Assembly: GCA_001244265.2 (NCBI GenBank)
Contig: CDLV01000005.1
Span: 2,356,001-2,420,000, forward strand
Direction of reading: 5' to 3'
Length of the DNA: 64,000 bases
Origin: Microbotryum violaceum
Taxonomy: Eukaryota
The translations under genes and the position numbers were made by a program. Numbering within the stretch: the stretch's first letter is position 1; each line of letters starts with the position of its first letter. The notes beneath the pieces are model-generated. The model saw only the letters and a program-made list of their open reading frames with translations, ran no database searches and was not told where the DNA came from. This document shows positions 61,030-64,000 of the stretch, piece after piece.

Positions 61030-63086
61030 ATGGCGAATATCATAAGACCATCCGAGCACTCGTTCGACAACTTGTCTGAGAAAGGACCCGAGACGAGCAC
61101 CCTACTCCCTCGACCGACGACCTCGCGCGAGTCTCCGCCAGCGACCTTATTGTCACGCCTGAAACCGTTGCTGTGCATCCTACTCGTGCTCGTCGTCACC
61201 AAGCATCAGCTCGCTCCCTTGACTCCGAGTACGGCCGTATCTAGCTTGGACCTCTGCCCCCAGTACCCAGCCCTAGCGCCGCCTCCGCATGCAGCTGATG
61301 CCAACATCGATCTGATTCGTTCGCCGGCCTATCTGAGACGAAGCGTTGAACTGCTCAGTGGGTTGGTGCAAATCCCGTTAGTTTTGAGGATCGGTCTACT
61401 CTGATCAGCTTGATAGTGACTGGTTTACCCTATCGTCATCTGCCAGAACGCCCTCGTTCGATGACAACGGACCGGTGACGGGACCCGATCGAGATCTCCG
61501 ATGGGACCAGTTCCACATCTTCTCCGCTCAACTCGAAAAAAGCTTTCCTCTACTGTGAGTGGTTGATTCAATAGTAGGAGTTCCATACACTGGGCAGATC
61601 ATTAACTGAGGGCCCGCTTCGGTACTTCTCGCTCCACCGAACGCTCAACGCTGCAGTCACGCCAAGCTGGAGGTCACTCACGTGAACGAGCATGGACTGC
61701 TCTTCACCTGGCCTGGAACGGACGATTCACTCAAGCCTTCGATGCTGATCGCACACCAAGATGTCGTACCCGTCGACCCTTCAACCAAGGACCAGTGGAC
61801 CTTCCCTCCGTATTCGGGCCACTACGACAAACATTCGAACAGCGTGTGGGGGCGGGGCTCCGTCGATTGCAAGGATGTGCTCAGTGGGATTTTGGAAGCG
61901 GTAGAGTTGCTGGTGGAGAAGAACTGGACACCGAGGAGAACGGTCGTATTGGCCTTCGGTTTCGATGAAGAGTCTAAAGGCATCGATGTGAGTACAAATT
62001 GATCAATTTTGGATTCGGCAACCCCCCACATCTTCAGCTGATGCGCAGCGTAACTTGTAATTTCAACCATAGGGCGCTGGTCAGTTGTTCAAAGAGGTCA
62101 AGAGACGGTACGGAGAGGACGGTATTGCGTTCCTCTTGGACGAAGGCGGTCTCGGCGTCAGTGCAGATTTCTTCGGGCGACCGATGGCGCTGCCCGGCAC
62201 GGGCGAGAAAGGCTACATGGATTTGACCATGACCCTACATACACCCGGTGGTCATTCGAGCATCCCACCTCCGCATACTGGGATCGGTATCATGTCAAGC
62301 CTGATTCACAACCTCGAGTCGACCGAATTCGAGCCGCGACTTTCTACGACTTCGCCCATCTTCAACCTGTTGCAATGCGCCGCCGCCCACGGCAAGCTCG
62401 ACCAGTCGCTCAAATCGGCCGTACTGGACGGCTCACAGAAGGGGAAGAAGGGGAAGAAAGGCCGGAAGCGTTTGGCCAGCTTGTATGCTGCTCAAGGCCG
62501 CGAGTCGAGGTACCTCGTTACGACGAGCCAAGCTGTCGACGTCATCTCGGGTGGGATCAAGGTCAACGCTTTGCCAGAGACGGTCACTGCGGTGGTCAAC
62601 TACCGTATCTCGGTCGACGAGTCGACTCAATTCGTCAAAGATCGCCTTCTCAAACATGTAGGACGACTTGCCAAGCTCCACAATCTGGACGTCGAGGCGT
62701 TCGGATCGACGTGGCGCAATGCGTCCTCATCTTCGTTGATTGCGAAAGGTGGTCTCTTGCGACTGTCAACGGGCACGACCGAGATCGCTCCTGCTCCGAA
62801 CTCGCCGATCGATGGGCCGAGCTGGAAGGTGCTGGCTCAATCGATTCGACAGACCTTCAAGGACAAGTACCCCGACCTGGTCGTCTCCCCTGCGATGGAC
62901 ACGGGCAACACCGACAGCAGCTTCTACCTTCGGCTGACGCGCAACGTTTACCGCTTCGGCCCGACCGATCCGAGTGCGAACGAGAGGATCCACACGGTGG
63001 ATGAACATGTCAATATGGATGATCATCTTAACGGGGTCGTGTTTTACCACGAGTTGTTGCGTAATGCGGATGCTGCGGACATGTGA
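61030..63086 (+). CDS. CPS1: Gly-Xaa carboxypeptidase (M20A, Cps1-like); multi-exon
   Basis: N-terminal membrane anchor; LCPQ; LLSGLVQIP|TPSFDD; VNEHGLLFTWPGTDDSLKP; AHQDVVPV; WGRGSVDCK; AFGFDEE; LDEGG; EKGYMD; GGHSSIPP; GGIKVNALPE; GNTD; IHTVDE. Confidence 0.93.
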
Positions 63087-63279
63087 AATTACTGGACCTC
63101 TTCCTTCGAAACGATCCGACAGCTGCTGATGCCTCGAGAGAGGCAAGATCTTGTACTGAACAAGGAGAGTCTACCAGCGATCACTTTGGCACAGTCCTTT
63201 GTCGCACGACCTCGGCTGGGGTCTGGGGCTTGCCAAGTACCACTGGGTCGTTCCCAAGCTTGAGCCGCTTCGAGACCCA

Positions 63280-64000
63280 ATGCGCACACCGCCAGTCACT
63301 ATCCTCCCCGACGAGCTGCTCCATCGCATCTTTTGCTTCGTGCAGTCCGAGCCGCTGTCGACCGCCCCGCTGCCCTCCTCCCGCCGTGCGGGCTCGCTAT
63401 CGACTGCGCCGTCCGCGCCCGCGACTAGTCTCGGCAACGCGATCTCGTTCCAACTGGCGCGCATCCGAGCCTCACTGGAATGCTTGCGCAATCAGAATGG
63501 CCAAGCAGAGCGCATCAGTCAGAGGATGGATCAGATGGGCCTGTATGGACTGTCGACCGATCGGTCGAGTCCCGAGCTGATGGCGAGCAGGGCCCGCGTG
63601 GCCGCGTTACGATCGTTCTCGCTCGTTCATCGTCGATGGACACCGATCGCCCAACGCTTGCTCTTCTCCAGCGTCGCCATCACCCTTGAGCTACAGGCTA
63701 AAGAGATGTTTCACTCTCTTACCCCACGAACGCACAGATTTCAGTCGCTGAGCATCACCGGCGTCAGTAACGGCGCGGTCGAAGCGCTGTTGTCGCGCGT
63801 CCAGGCGGTGGCCCAGCTCAGGCTCGCGCTCGTACAGGAGTCACATAATGCAGTGGGTTTTCAAGGGTCCATATTGCTTTCTCCCGGATTAAAAGGTGGA
63901 TGCTCGTCGTCCACCGTGCTGGGGGATCTTTGGCTGATCTAAAGTTGGGAAACGCTCTCTCCCTTTCTCTCTCTCTCGCGACGCCCCCGCCCCGATCGGA
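63280..64000 (+). CDS. F-box-like protein, partial (continues beyond the window)
   Basis: MRTPPVTILPDELLHRIFCFV...LRSFSLVHRRWTPIAQRLLFSSVAI, the split F-box signature common in basidiomycetes; probable intron donor at ~63896. Confidence 0.65.

Noticed and set aside
1-64000. tRNA, rRNA or snoRNA genes
   Set aside because: None recognisable by eye; tRNAscan-SE or Infernal would be needed to exclude them.

Overview
Eukaryotic, intron-rich fungal DNA with short GT-AG introns, CTRAC branch points and microexons. Gene content and style suggest a basidiomycete, probably Pucciniomycotina (Microbotryum/Rhodotorula-like); this is an inference. About 22 protein-coding genes could be assembled by eye. 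Housekeeping genes: SPC25, FUN14-like, a Ure2/Nu-class GST plus a decayed tandem copy, WDR70-like, CDC6, UVRAG/VPS38-like, SNF4, RPS0, an RNF216-like RBR ligase, CPS1-like peptidase and an F-box-like gene. There are also two tandem GPI-anchored chitin deacetylases and several hypothetical genes. The most notable items are four. (1) A decayed ~4.5 kb intronless minus-strand ORF at 28.8-33.35 kb with a clear FEN1/XPG-type PIN nuclease N-terminus and a C-terminal half that may be TnpB/Fanzor-like; it ends in a 57-bp-arm hairpin next to an intron-retaining MEX67 gene fragment. (2) A compact copper-acquisition cluster: BIM1-like His-brace GPI protein, ferric/cupric reductase and Ctr transporter. 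(3) Two paralogous secreted proteins ~33 kb apart with identical exon architecture. (4) In one of these paralogues, a TGA-CTA stop followed by an in-frame extension of the same composition, a possible readthrough. All family calls come from motif recognition without database searches, and exon boundaries are manual.
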